A stretch of DNA of 64,000 bases from an uncultured virus (IMG/VR IMGVR_UViG_3300007956_000001) (taxonomy: Duplodnaviria; Heunggongvirae; Uroviricota; Caudoviricetes): IMG/VR virus record IMGVR_UViG_3300007956_000001, positions 1 to 64,000 of that record; one strand, given 5' to 3'. Shown in pieces: positions 1 through 9,677 of the stretch. Numbering within the stretch: position 1 is the stretch's first letter; the number at the start of each line of letters is the position of its first letter. The position numbers and the translations under genes were made by a program. A model generated the notes under the pieces. The model was not told the origin of the DNA and ran no database searches. It worked only from the letters and a program-made list of their open reading frames with translations.

Positions 1-158
1 ATATTGAGTTGCTAGTTGATTCATTAAAAGCAGAAGTGCATTCTGATGACGGTGTGCATGAGATTTCGTATGAGGAAGAAAAGGAGTATTTTAATAGATA
101 CGGACATCCTGGGGATTATGATGAAGTTTTTAATGCTGATGATGTTTATCCAGACTAA
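1..158 (+). CDS. Partial conserved cyanophage hypothetical protein (3' end)
   Basis: Manual translation ...IELLVDSLKAEVHSDD...DVYPD*; open to the window edge. Confidence 0.6.
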   Translation, partial: IELLVDSLKAEVHSDDGVHEISYEEEKEYFNRYGHPGDYDEVFNADDVYPD

Positions 159-184
159 ATCATATAAATTGTTTATTGAATGTA

Positions 185-349
185 ATGACAAGTAGAGGAA
201 AAGAATTAGTAAAGATGTTAGAACGTCTTGTTAAACAAGAGCATCTTTATGACGAAGAAAAAATTAGAGAGGTTAAATCTCAATTAAGAATTTTAAAGCA
301 AGAAATTGCAGACTTAGAGAAAACACAGAAAAAAGGATTTGGAAAATGA
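185..349 (+). CDS. Small hypothetical protein (54 aa)
   Basis: Manual translation MTSRGKELVKMLERL...KKGFGK*; stop overlaps the thyX start (ATGA). Confidence 0.65.
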   Translation: MTSRGKELVKMLERLVKQEHLYDEEKIREVKSQLRILKQEIADLEKTQKKGFGK

Positions 350-981
350 ATGTAAAACTTATTAGTGCTACCCCTGATGCAGAAAAGCATATGGGATATG
401 TTGCCCGTGTGAGCAATCCTAATAATCAAGAGAATCCAAAGGTAGCAGGACTACTAAAGTATTGCATCAGTCACCAACATTGGTCTGTATTTGAGCAAGC
501 ATTTATGACTTTAGAAATCGAGACCACAAGGGGTTTGGCAGCTCAAATTTTGAGGCATAGGTCCTTTACATACCAAGAATTTTCACAACGTTATGCTGAT
601 TCTTCCTTACTCTCAGAGAAGATCCCTCTACCTGAATTACGCAGGCAAGACACCAAGAATCGTCAAAATAGTATTGATGATATTGACCCATTTACGATTC
701 AGAAGTATCAGATATTGATGCAAGACCACTTTCAAAAAGGAATGGAATTGTATCAGAAAATGCTTAGTGAAGGGATTGCAAAGGAGTGTGCTCGCTTTGT
801 GCTTCCACTCGCCGTACCTACAAAACTCTACATGACTGGCTCAGTTCGATCATGGATCCATTATATAACTCTGAGGTCTGCAAATGGTACTCAGAAAGAG
901 CATATGGATATTGCATTGTCTTGCCAAAAGATTTTTGCAGAACAGTTTCCTGTCTGTGCAGAAGCACTAGAGTGGGTCTAA
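346..981 (+). CDS. thyX: Flavin-dependent thymidylate synthase ThyX
   Basis: RHRSFTYQEFSQRY signature, HWSVFE, ECARFVLP. Confidence 0.96.
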   Translation: MNVKLISATPDAEKHMGYVARVSNPNNQENPKVAGLLKYCISHQHWSVFEQAFMTLEIETTRGLAAQILRHRSFTYQEFSQRYADSSLLSEKIPLPELRRQDTKNRQNSIDDIDPFTIQKYQILMQDHFQKGMELYQKMLSEGIAKECARFVLPLAVPTKLYMTGSVRSWIHYITLRSANGTQKEHMDIALSCQKIFAEQFPVCAEALEWV

Positions 982-1006
982 ATATTTTTGTATGAATTTA
1001 TAAAGA

Positions 1007-1252
1007 ATGGCAACTTATCCTGTAAAGCATATTGAAACTGGTGAAACTAAAGATGTAATAATGAGTGTTCACGATTGGGACCAGTGGAAAATTGACAATC
1101 CCGAATGGGAACGATATTATACTCCATATAATTCACCAGGATTTGGTGAAGTTGGTGATTGGCAGAACAAACTTATTCAAAACAAACCAGGTTGGAATCA
1201 GGTGTTAGAAAAAGCATCTCAGCAACCTGGGGCAAGAAATCTTAAAATTTGA
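1007..1252 (+). CDS. Conserved cyanophage hypothetical protein
   Basis: 81 aa ORF in the usual position between thyX and phoH; CTAAATA at 978-984. Confidence 0.7.
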   Translation: MATYPVKHIETGETKDVIMSVHDWDQWKIDNPEWERYYTPYNSPGFGEVGDWQNKLIQNKPGWNQVLEKASQQPGARNLKI

Positions 1253-1253
1253 T

Positions 1254-2018
1254 ATGGCTAGAAAAAAAAGAGGAGCATCGGACCAACCTATTGGGGTTGG
1301 CATGACTGCTAAACAGATGAAAAGAAAGAGACCATTGAATAATGATCTCCTTATTGATATTGAACCTTTAACTGATAATCAGACAAAACTTTTTGATTCT
1401 TACAACGAAGGTAAAAATATTGTTGCGTATGGTGCAGCAGGAACTGGAAAAACATTTATCACTTTGTTTAAAGCGTTACATGAAGTGATGGATGCAATTA
1501 CTCCATATGAACAGATTTACGTTATTCGTTCTTTAGTTGCTACAAGAGAAATTGGTTTTCTTCCTGGTGATCATGAAGATAAAGCAGACATTTACCAAAT
1601 TCCGTATAAGAATATGGTAAAGTATATGTTTCAACTTCCCACTGAAACTGACTTTGAAATGCTGTATGGCAATCTAAAGCAACAAGAAACAATTAAGTTT
1701 TGGAGCACTTCATTTGTCCGTGGTACTACTCTCGATAATTCTATTATTATCGTTGATGAATTTCAAAATTTGAATTTTCATGAACTTGATAGTATAATTA
1801 CCCGTGTTGGTGAAAACTCTAGGATTATGTTCTGTGGTGATGCATCGCAGAGTGACTTAGTTAGACAGAATGAAAAGAATGGCATTAGTGATTTCATGTC
1901 AATCTTGAGAAAAATGCCATCTTTTGATATAATTGAATTTGGTCTTGATGATATTGTTCGTTCAGGATTAGTTAAAGAATATCTAACTGCAAAAATGGAA
2001 CTAAATTTGAATGTCTAA
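1254..2018 (+). CDS. phoH: PhoH-family ATPase
   Basis: GAAGTGKT Walker A, IGFLPG, RGTTLD, IIVDEFQN, CGDASQSD. Confidence 0.95.
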   Translation: MARKKRGASDQPIGVGMTAKQMKRKRPLNNDLLIDIEPLTDNQTKLFDSYNEGKNIVAYGAAGTGKTFITLFKALHEVMDAITPYEQIYVIRSLVATREIGFLPGDHEDKADIYQIPYKNMVKYMFQLPTETDFEMLYGNLKQQETIKFWSTSFVRGTTLDNSIIIVDEFQNLNFHELDSIITRVGENSRIMFCGDASQSDLVRQNEKNGISDFMSILRKMPSFDIIEFGLDDIVRSGLVKEYLTAKMELNLNV

Positions 2019-2697
2019 ATTTAATCATATTGATTTAAATCTTCCTAGATTGGAAAGAGAAACTATTGACGGAGTTAGGTTTTACAAAATTCCTGGAAAG
2101 GAAAATGTAAAAAGGCTTGTATCTATTACTTCAATTACTAGTCATTATAATCGTCAGATTTTTATTGATTGGAGAAAAAAAGTTGGTAATGCTGAAGCAG
2201 ATAAGATAACCAAACGATCTACAAGTCGTGGTACTGACATGCATACACTTGCAGAAAATTATCTGCTCAATATTGAGTTACCTAAAGTACAACCTTTATC
2301 AGATTATCTATTTAAAATTGCAAAAAAAGAACTAGATAAAATAGATAACATCCATGCGATTGAAAATTCACTTTATAGTGATGTGTTAGGAATTGCAGGA
2401 ACAGTAGATTGCATTGCAGAATATACTGGAGAAAATGGTAAACCTGAATTGTCTATAATTGACTTTAAGACTTCTAAAAAACCAAAACCAGTAGAATGGA
2501 TTGAAAACTATTTTGTTCAAGCAGCAGCATATGCTTGTATGCTATACGAAATGACAGAAATTCCTGTCAAAAAACTTGTAATTATTATGGCCTGTGAAAA
2601 TGGAGAGTGTGAAGTCTATGAAGAATATGACAAAGGGAAGTATATTAAACTTCTCGTCGAATACATTAGAGAATTTGTTGATAGCAAAACCAATTAA
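2011..2697 (+). CDS. PD-(D/E)xK exonuclease (T4-like cyanophage core)
   Basis: RGTDMH, AGTVDCIAE, IIDFKTS, QAAAY motifs. Confidence 0.85.
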   Translation: MSKFNHIDLNLPRLERETIDGVRFYKIPGKENVKRLVSITSITSHYNRQIFIDWRKKVGNAEADKITKRSTSRGTDMHTLAENYLLNIELPKVQPLSDYLFKIAKKELDKIDNIHAIENSLYSDVLGIAGTVDCIAEYTGENGKPELSIIDFKTSKKPKPVEWIENYFVQAAAYACMLYEMTEIPVKKLVIIMACENGECEVYEEYDKGKYIKLLVEYIREFVDSKTN

Positions 2698-2698
2698 T

Positions 2699-2953
2699 AT
2701 GGACAAAAATATTAAAGACGCAATTAAAGATAAATTTTTATGTCCACAAAAATTTGCTCAAGACATTGAAAGCATTGTAAAAATTTCAAAGATTAGTTAC
2801 ATTGATGCAATAGTCACATATTGCGAAGAAAATAAAATTGAGATTGAATCAGTTCCTAAATTGATGTCAAAACCACTTAAAGAAAAACTTAAGTGCGAAG
2901 CAACCAAACTTAATTTTCTTAAAAAAACTAGTAGAGCAACTTTGAAATTTTAA
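2699..2953 (+). CDS. gp33: Late promoter transcription co-activator gp33
   Basis: SYIDAIVTYCEENKIEIE...KEKLKCEATKLNFL; start reassigned to ATG 2699; synteny with gp59 and gp32. Confidence 0.85.
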   Translation: MDKNIKDAIKDKFLCPQKFAQDIESIVKISKISYIDAIVTYCEENKIEIESVPKLMSKPLKEKLKCEATKLNFLKKTSRATLKF

Positions 2954-2955
2954 TT

Positions 2956-3546
2956 GTGACCCCTTTTGATGTTTATAAAACATACTTGGCAATGAAGAAT
3001 CACTTCACAAAGTCAAGTTATGATTATTTTAAATACTGTGGAAAATCTAGAGCATCTATAAATTCCTTTCACAAAAGAAAGGACAGATACTTCTTTGAAA
3101 AAATGTCTAGACAAAAGTCTGACGATGAAATCAAAGCATATTTTGTCGCTAACTTTGTTGAATGTAATGATCCCGAAAGACTTTGGATTGGAGAAATCAT
3201 TGCCAATGGAGAAGAACATTATGTTAATTGGTTAAAAAGGATTCAAAGCCTCACTTATGTCTTTAAGACAGAAAGTGAGGTTTTTATTTCTAAAGATAAT
3301 CTTGATACTATTTTTGAATGTAAAATAAATCAGCATCCAGAAATACTAAAGAAGCATTTGCAAAATGCTGTAACTTTAGAAACAATGGTCATACTTGATA
3401 TGATTCTTGGATATGTAAAAAGGTTTGATAAAAACATTACGGACCCTATATGGGAAACCGTAAGTCTAAGAATCAAGAAATATAAACCGTTCCTAAATAT
3501 TGATGAGTCTAAATGTAAGCAAATTTTAAGGGAGATAGTATTATGA
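2956..3546 (+). CDS. gp59: Helicase loader gp59
   Basis: YLAMKNHF...YDYFKY...KRKDRYFFEK, ETMVILD; synteny. Confidence 0.88.
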   Translation: MTPFDVYKTYLAMKNHFTKSSYDYFKYCGKSRASINSFHKRKDRYFFEKMSRQKSDDEIKAYFVANFVECNDPERLWIGEIIANGEEHYVNWLKRIQSLTYVFKTESEVFISKDNLDTIFECKINQHPEILKKHLQNAVTLETMVILDMILGYVKRFDKNITDPIWETVSLRIKKYKPFLNIDESKCKQILREIVL

Positions 3547-3875
3547 GTAGATTTTTTGATTCAGAAGTAGTCAGAGAATCTGTTATGGAACTTGATAATC
3601 TACAAGAAAAAATATTTGAACAGTTGATGACTATCCCTTTTGCTGGCAGTCCTAAAAAGAAAGAACATCTTGATTTAATGCGAGAGTTCCTTGAAAAACA
3701 AAAGAATTTTATCTTTAGATTGTCACTTTCTGATGATCCAGAAGCAGTAGAATTAAAGGAAAGAATCTTAGATTCTGCTAAAATGTTCGGTCTTCCACCA
3801 GGTTCTAGTGTGAATGACTTTTTTGATATTCTTGAGTCTCAAATAGACGCACTTGAGAAAGGACTTGACGACTAG
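3543..3875 (+). CDS. Conserved cyanophage protein (DUF1825-like)
   Basis: FFDSEVV...LEKQK.F..RLSLSDDPEA pattern; usual position before gp32. Confidence 0.65.
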   Translation: MSRFFDSEVVRESVMELDNLQEKIFEQLMTIPFAGSPKKKEHLDLMREFLEKQKNFIFRLSLSDDPEAVELKERILDSAKMFGLPPGSSVNDFFDILESQIDALEKGLDD

Positions 3876-3894
3876 GGTGCCCCTCTGCTAGACT
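3865..3894 (+). promoter_or_regulatory. Sigma70-type promoter for gp32
   Basis: TTGACG-18 bp-TAGACT with TGn extension. Confidence 0.55.
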
Positions 3895-3947
3895 TAATAC
3901 GTCAATACGACACAAACATCTAATAATAATCAATACGGAGAATACAA

Positions 3948-4895
3948 ATGTCTTTTGCTGATCTTAAAAAGCAATCCCGAATGGGTAGCCTCACTGAAAA
4001 ACTGGTGAAGCAAGTAGAAAAAATGAACGACAAGGGCGGTGGTAAAGATGATGACCGTTTCTGGAAACCCGTCATGGACAAGAGTGGAGTTGGATCTGCA
4101 GTGGTTCGTTTCCTACCAGCACCTGAAGGCAGTGAACTCCCCTGGGCACAAGTTTGGTCTCACGCATTCCAAGGTCCTGGTGGATGGCTCATCGATAACT
4201 GCCTGACTACTGTTGGTCAGCAATGCCCTGTCTGTGAGAAGAATCGTGTACTCTGGAACTCTGGTTCTGATGCAGATAAAGAAGAAGCACGTAAGCAAAA
4301 ACGCAAGTTGTCTTACTACGCAAACATTTATGTTGTACGTGACCCTGCCAATCCTGAAAACCAAGGTAAGGTTTTCCTTTATAAGTTTGGTAAGAAAATC
4401 TTTGATAAGATTATGGCAGCAATGCAACCTGAGTTCGATGATGAGCAACCTATCAATCCGTTTGACTTCTGGGAAGGTGCCAACTTCAAACTAAAACTGA
4501 AGAAGGTTGCAGGTTATTGGAACTATGATGCTTCTGAGTTTGCTGCTCCTAGTGCTCTCCTTGATGGTGATGACGATGCACTTGAGAACCTTTATAAAGG
4601 ACTGCATGACTTGAATGCATTTGTTGATCCTAAAGAGTTTAAATCTTATAATGATCTAAAGAAGCGTCTTGACTACACTCTTGGTCTAAAAGCAACTTCC
4701 AAGATTCAAGATCAAGAGACTGTTGAAGAGGACGCACAATGGGAACGTGAACGCAAGGGTGACTTCTCTGAGTCCACCTCTTACAATGCACCTACTACGT
4801 CTTCAGAACCGTTCTTGAATGCAGAGTCGTCTTCTAACAATGATGATGAAGAAGATGATGCACTGTCTTACTTCCAGAAACTTGCTGAAGGTTAA
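3948..4895 (+). CDS. gp32: Single-stranded DNA-binding protein gp32
   Basis: DDRFWKP, RFLPAP, Zn ligands H...NCLTT...CPVC, acidic C-terminal tail. Confidence 0.96.
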   Translation: MSFADLKKQSRMGSLTEKLVKQVEKMNDKGGGKDDDRFWKPVMDKSGVGSAVVRFLPAPEGSELPWAQVWSHAFQGPGGWLIDNCLTTVGQQCPVCEKNRVLWNSGSDADKEEARKQKRKLSYYANIYVVRDPANPENQGKVFLYKFGKKIFDKIMAAMQPEFDDEQPINPFDFWEGANFKLKLKKVAGYWNYDASEFAAPSALLDGDDDALENLYKGLHDLNAFVDPKEFKSYNDLKKRLDYTLGLKATSKIQDQETVEEDAQWERERKGDFSESTSYNAPTTSSEPFLNAESSSNNDDEEDDALSYFQKLAEG

Positions 4896-4930
4896 TTCTG
4901 AAAATTGATTTTTGTTTACAAAAATCGTCC

Positions 4931-4970
4931 AAAAAAATGCCCCCCAAATTTTTTGTTTGGGGGGTTTTTT
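4931..4970. terminator. Bidirectional intrinsic terminator
   Basis: A-run, CCCCCCAAA/TTTGGGGGG stem, T-run, between convergent gp32 and gp53 genes. Confidence 0.8.
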
Positions 4971-5259
4971 AATTTCCAGTTCTTTCGTTATATGCTCTCT
5001 TTGTTTTCTTATTAACTTTTTGAGAAGAAGTTTTATAATGCATCATATCTTTCATATCCCTTACGAATAATCCAGCAAATTCTCTTCTAATTACGTTTAT
5101 AAATCTTTTTTTATCATTTTCTCGTATTTCATATTCTTGATTTGTCACTGCTTTTGCACGACTCTTAATCGTTTCAATCTCACCATTGGGATTTAAATAT
5201 TCTACTATCTGACCATCTTCCTCAATGAAGACTTTCATACCTGGTTTAGGAAAGTTCAT
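4969..5259 (-). CDS. C-terminal part of baseplate wedge gp53, encoded as a separate ORF
   Basis: VTNQEYEIRENDKKRFI...DMKDMMHYKTSSQ matches my recollection of the cyanophage gp53 C-terminus. Confidence 0.65.
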   Translation of the reverse strand: MNFPKPGMKVFIEEDGQIVEYLNPNGEIETIKSRAKAVTNQEYEIRENDKKRFINVIRREFAGLFVRDMKDMMHYKTSSQKVNKKTKRAYNERTGN

Positions 5260-6108
5260 TTACTCTGTTTCGTTTGTAAAGTTAAAAGTTGGTTGTAAGA
5301 CACCATCAACTATGGTTCCAGTGAATTGAAATAATCTTGCTGGTATTCTCACTTTATTATCTAATACAATGTCATCAATACGAATAGTAAAGTCAGATTC
5401 ATCTCTTAAGTAGACGGTTAAATTTCCACCCCATCCATTTGGCCAATTTGCCAAGTTATTTAGTATATTTATTTCAATAAACTTATTTCTATCATCATGA
5501 GAGGGTATTTCAAGGAATGATGTATTTGTATCAATATTTGTTATATTGTAATCTCTTGGACCACCCGATCTATTATATACTACAACTTTTTGATTTAGAT
5601 TTACACTAACTACTGTATTTGCTTTTGGACTTGGAAAGGCACTAGTAAAATATGATTTTGAATTAGTATTAGTCACTACAGTTTCACTTTTAGATGTGTC
5701 TACTTGAAGACCACCAGGTATAACTACTCTTCCATACAAATCTTTAAATTCTACTGTTTCATAATGATGAACTTCTGCTAGTTTTTCTGGACTTCCATAC
5801 TTATCAAGCATATAATTATTCAATGAATTATTATCTAATGGCCACTCATCATTTAAATTAATTATATTATTGGATATTTTTATAATCCAATCCAAACTGG
5901 CATCATTATAAAATCTTTTTGCTAGTGTATCTGGTCTATCACCATCTTGTATTTCATATTTTTGAAAGTTTGATATATTATTGAATATATCCTCCCTTAC
6001 TTTGGGTCTTTTAAATAAATTTTTGACAGTAGAAAAATCCTTTAGAGAACCATTACCTTTTGGATTTTGCTGATATTGTACATCTGGTAAATTAGAGAAG
6101 TAAGACAT
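5260..6108 (-). CDS. gp53: Baseplate wedge gp53, N-terminal part plus about 145-aa extra region
   Basis: MSYFSNLP, GDRPDTLA (LysM-like), LDWII..SNNI...EWPL, HHYET. Confidence 0.85.
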   Translation of the reverse strand: MSYFSNLPDVQYQQNPKGNGSLKDFSTVKNLFKRPKVREDIFNNISNFQKYEIQDGDRPDTLAKRFYNDASLDWIIKISNNIINLNDEWPLDNNSLNNYMLDKYGSPEKLAEVHHYETVEFKDLYGRVVIPGGLQVDTSKSETVVTNTNSKSYFTSAFPSPKANTVVSVNLNQKVVVYNRSGGPRDYNITNIDTNTSFLEIPSHDDRNKFIEINILNNLANWPNGWGGNLTVYLRDESDFTIRIDDIVLDNKVRIPARLFQFTGTIVDGVLQPTFNFTNETE

Positions 6109-6109
6109 T

Positions 6110-7588
6110 TTAGTAACCTATACTTGATGAATCATCATAATCACTTTCATATAATGGTTCAATTTCAGAAAATGACATTCCAATATTATAAGATACTGGC
6201 TGGCCTTCATCATATGCAGAAAATTGTCCATCTGGTGAATAATTAACAGCAAAATTTGTCAATGCACAAAATTTAAACTTATTCATACCACTAATTGGAT
6301 TGGCGTCTCCTGTTTGATAAGTTAATTTAAAGATATTTGGACTTTTTAAGAATGTTCCGGCATTTGTACTACCTTGTCCATTTGATTTTTTTGCTGCCAT
6401 TCCCTTTTTGAAGAATAGTATTATTTTCCTGACCATTTCTGCTTCAGGTTTACTTCTTGGACTCATTCTGTAAGAAAAAGTAAACTCTCTTAATGTGACA
6501 TTATTGAATAAAAGCTCGAGATTTGAGTTTGGAACAACTCCACTTCTTGCTAGTATTTGCTCTGCAGGAACATCGAAAGATGCTTGCTTTAATAATGCAG
6601 ATGTTATTGAAGCTTGTATTTGCTGTAAAAGTGGACCTTGGATTGCATCCATTCCACCAGCATCAGCAACAGCACGTCCAATTGCTACTGCTTGTGCTGG
6701 ATTAAACTTAGCAACCATATCCAGTCCTGCTGATAGCAGACCAGTTACTGATGATGTATTAACTAATCCTGATTTTACGTCGTTGGACATCATTGCAGTT
6801 ATACTAGCAGTCAAATTATTCATTTGATCTGCACCCCATGCAGTTGCATTACTATCTGCCGCATTATTTGGAATTGGCAAATAAAGTCTTCCTTTATTTT
6901 GTGTCGTTCTTCCCCCAAGTACGGATAAACCACCCGTTAATACACTTCCTGGGTCTCCGAAAATACTACTAGCTGGAGATAATTCAAGTTGCTCTATTTT
7001 TAGGAAATCTTGCTGTAGTTCTAGAACATCTAAAGGATATTTTAATGGTAAAGTATTTGTGAAAAAATTTTTATTAGAAGATGCTAGTTTTTCTTCTGCT
7101 TTTGCAGTAGTTGCTGGTATTTGAGTTGGGTCTGTACTAGTTCCTGGTGGTGTTGCTAATATATTTCCACCTGGTAATGCTGTTGCTATCCCAGGATTTG
7201 TACCAGGAAATTGATTTAAAACTCCTGGTACAGCAGTATGTTGAGATACTTGTGCAGTTGGATGCAGATTATTACCACCAGCATTACCACCTATTGCTAC
7301 ATGTGCTTGTTGGGTTTTTTGTCTTAGTGATGTGCTTAAAGATTGTGTTAGTGGTGTTGGTTGATTTGGGTCTCCATCTACAAATAATTGTGGGTCTTGA
7401 ATAGCGTCCATAGCCCAACTGCCATCCTGATAAAATATAGCAGTTAATGGAGTATCGTATCCTAATAATCCTTGTTCTTTTAGTTGATATTCTCCTGTTA
7501 CTGGATCGTATCTTAATCCCAAATTAATACCAAAAGGTCCACAAGTTGGACATGTATGTAAATTATCTTCTACAACTTGATATGCCAT
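6110..7588 (-). CDS. gp48: Baseplate tail tube cap gp48
   Basis: NSNLELLFNNVTLREFTFSYRMSPRS, CALTNFAVNYSPDG, FSEIEP. Confidence 0.85.
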   Translation of the reverse strand: MAYQVVEDNLHTCPTCGPFGINLGLRYDPVTGEYQLKEQGLLGYDTPLTAIFYQDGSWAMDAIQDPQLFVDGDPNQPTPLTQSLSTSLRQKTQQAHVAIGGNAGGNNLHPTAQVSQHTAVPGVLNQFPGTNPGIATALPGGNILATPPGTSTDPTQIPATTAKAEEKLASSNKNFFTNTLPLKYPLDVLELQQDFLKIEQLELSPASSIFGDPGSVLTGGLSVLGGRTTQNKGRLYLPIPNNAADSNATAWGADQMNNLTASITAMMSNDVKSGLVNTSSVTGLLSAGLDMVAKFNPAQAVAIGRAVADAGGMDAIQGPLLQQIQASITSALLKQASFDVPAEQILARSGVVPNSNLELLFNNVTLREFTFSYRMSPRSKPEAEMVRKIILFFKKGMAAKKSNGQGSTNAGTFLKSPNIFKLTYQTGDANPISGMNKFKFCALTNFAVNYSPDGQFSAYDEGQPVSYNIGMSFSEIEPLYESDYDDSSSIGY

Positions 7589-8086
7589 TTAAGGTGCGTC
7601 CCAAACTCTATACTTAGGTACTTTTCTACCATCTTTGTTTACAAAAGATTCGGTAGGTAATATTGATACTTCACCCCATTCTGATTTGGGAACTTTCATT
7701 AAATCACTCATTACACCAGTGAAAAGATATTTATGTATAGTCTTTTTAGGTGCATTAGTTATTCCTGTTTTATTTATGAGAGATTTAGCAAATCCTTTTC
7801 TATACTGTGGATTTAAGTAATGTAGATTAATACCTGTAAAACTTCCCTCTCTAGGATTTACATTTACTATGAATGATAATGGATGCATATCCCAATAAGG
7901 GTATTTTTGTGGATATTTTGCCGAATACATAAAAAACACAAGATCCCCAGGAATAATAAATCCAGTGTCAGACTGACTAATATCTTTCTTTTGATAATTC
8001 AAAAGTTCATTCATAAGTGCATTGGTCCACCAATTACCACTTCTAAATTTTTTACCAGCAGATTTATTGAGAGTTTCCGCAATCAT
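7589..8086 (-). CDS. gp2: DNA end protector gp2-like protein
   Basis: FMYSAK...PYWDMHPL...FTGINLHYL...HKYL motifs. Confidence 0.75.
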   Translation of the reverse strand: MIAETLNKSAGKKFRSGNWWTNALMNELLNYQKKDISQSDTGFIIPGDLVFFMYSAKYPQKYPYWDMHPLSFIVNVNPREGSFTGINLHYLNPQYRKGFAKSLINKTGITNAPKKTIHKYLFTGVMSDLMKVPKSEWGEVSILPTESFVNKDGRKVPKYRVWDAP

Positions 8087-8089
8087 ATT

Positions 8090-8290
8090 TTATCCTTTAT
8101 TAAAATTATAATCTAACATCATTCGGAAAAGAGAATCTCTCATTACCCATAGGTGCTCTTGTTCTTCTGCTGGTCGTGCTGGATATCCTTCCCACATTTC
8201 TAATCTTTTAATCACACAATGATGTAAGAGACGTATATCCTCTATTGTCAAGCTTACTTGATAATCGTAATAATTTTCTTCATCATTCAT
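8090..8290 (-). CDS. Hypothetical protein
   Basis: 66 aa ORF tightly coupled within the gp4-gp2 operon. Confidence 0.6.
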   Translation of the reverse strand: MNDEENYYDYQVSLTIEDIRLLHHCVIKRLEMWEGYPARPAEEQEHLWVMRDSLFRMMLDYNFNKG

Positions 8291-8754
8291 TTTAGTTTTA
8301 TTCCCAGTTCTTTTTCGGTAAGTATCTTAAATTCATATTTTCTATCAGCACACCATTCTTTTGCTGCTTCCCACTTTGCCTGATTAATTGCCCAGGTTTT
8401 CACACTATATGCCCAAGATTTTGTTTTACGTTTAGGTTTTTGTTCAGGCATTTTTAAGTCTTTTTGTGGTTTGATTTCTACAACCATAGTTCTTATAATT
8501 CCATTTTTGTCTTTGTATTTTACAAAGAAATCTGGAAAATACCTGTGAAATTTGTTATCTAAAGGTGAACGGTATGGTATAAAAAACTCCTCAGACCTCC
8601 ATTCGTTTACACTTTCAGTCAAATCACAATATCGCATAAACTTCAATTCATATGATGACCTATAAATGATCTTTGTTGGGTCACCTTTATATTTTTCTGG
8701 TTTTTGTGGTTTAAATTTACCTTGTCTATAACCAGAGTCGTCTTTATGTGGCAT
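8287..8754 (-). CDS. gp4: Head completion nuclease gp4
   Basis: KYKGDP..IIYRSSYE, HRYFPDF, VEIKP, NQAKWEAA, ILTE. Confidence 0.92.
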   Translation of the reverse strand: MPHKDDSGYRQGKFKPQKPEKYKGDPTKIIYRSSYELKFMRYCDLTESVNEWRSEEFFIPYRSPLDNKFHRYFPDFFVKYKDKNGIIRTMVVEIKPQKDLKMPEQKPKRKTKSWAYSVKTWAINQAKWEAAKEWCADRKYEFKILTEKELGIKLK

Positions 8755-8782
8755 ACATAGTATAGGAATCTTCTATAAAATA

Positions 8783-8790
8783 TATTTATA
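8783..8790 (-). promoter_or_regulatory. T4-type late promoter for the gp4-gp2-gp48-gp53 operon
   Basis: TATAAATA on the minus strand, 28 nt upstream of the gp4 ATG. Confidence 0.75.
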
Positions 8791-8791
8791 A

Positions 8792-9649
8792 ATGGCAGAT
8801 CAAAATGCTGGACAACCAAACGTAGGTCCATTATATATGAAGATGACCACTCCCAGAGATGAGGGGGGTGTCGCACTTGCTAGTGGGATGGACATACTAG
8901 GTAACGTATCTTTCAGTAGTCAATTTAAAGTTGCATTGCATCTGGGAAATGGTAGTGCAGGTAATGATTTGTTAGATTGGATGCAAAAAAGTGGTATAAC
9001 TATTGATGCAGCAATGAATACTTATTATGATTTTTTCTGTGCCGAAGCAATAATTCCAGGAGCAACTTTTGATGTTGCAGAGGAAATGGGTTCTCGTCAG
9101 GGTATAATAGAAAGAATTCCAACAAGAAGAATTTTTGCTCCTGTTCAATTAACATTTTATGTCGATAACGACTATAAAATTATGAGAGTATTTGAAGAAT
9201 GGATGAATTATATAAACCCGTTACAATCTGCTGGTGGACCAGTAGCACCGTCAGCAATAGGATTTGGTAATCAAAAAGATAGAAATCAATTTTTCAGGAT
9301 GAGATATCCTGATACTTATAAGAGGATTATTTCAATAGTTAAATTTGAAAGAAATTTCAGAGAAAATCCATCACAAGGTGGTGATAATCTGCAAAGTGTT
9401 CCAACAATAACTTACAGACTTATTGATGCCTTTCCAACAAATATATCAGCAATTCCATTATCATATGAAGGTTCCACAATAACAAAAGTTAGTGTAGAGT
9501 TCTCATACTCTAGATATGTTTATGAAAAGCATGGTGGTAATGTAACAACTATACCAACTGGTGCTGGACAAGTATTTGGAATAACCAATCCATCCGCAAA
9601 TAATTTGACATTTGAAGAAATATTTAACACGATTGGAAATCTATTCTAA
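8792..9649 (+). CDS. Baseplate tail-tube initiator (gp54-like, tube fold)
   Basis: IPGATF, LTFYVDNDY..FEEWM, YRLIDAFP, VSVEFSY; divergent from gp4 and upstream of gp26. Confidence 0.65.
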   Translation: MADQNAGQPNVGPLYMKMTTPRDEGGVALASGMDILGNVSFSSQFKVALHLGNGSAGNDLLDWMQKSGITIDAAMNTYYDFFCAEAIIPGATFDVAEEMGSRQGIIERIPTRRIFAPVQLTFYVDNDYKIMRVFEEWMNYINPLQSAGGPVAPSAIGFGNQKDRNQFFRMRYPDTYKRIISIVKFERNFRENPSQGGDNLQSVPTITYRLIDAFPTNISAIPLSYEGSTITKVSVEFSYSRYVYEKHGGNVTTIPTGAGQVFGITNPSANNLTFEEIFNTIGNLF

Positions 9650-9677
9650 ATAATTTTACTGAGGTTCACTGAACATT

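Noticed and set aside
2011..2697. Cas4-like nuclease as part of a CRISPR system
   Set aside because: No repeat-spacer array or other cas genes seen; standard core exonuclease position
3895..3947. T4-like autoregulatory pseudoknot in the gp32 leader
   Set aside because: The leader is A-rich and unstructured, and I could not identify convincing pseudoknot pairings
5260..5700. Group I intron or intein explaining the gp53 extra region
   Set aside because: No recognisable intron core elements or intein terminal motifs; the region is an open frame and TAA-ATG junctions occur elsewhere here (7591-7586)
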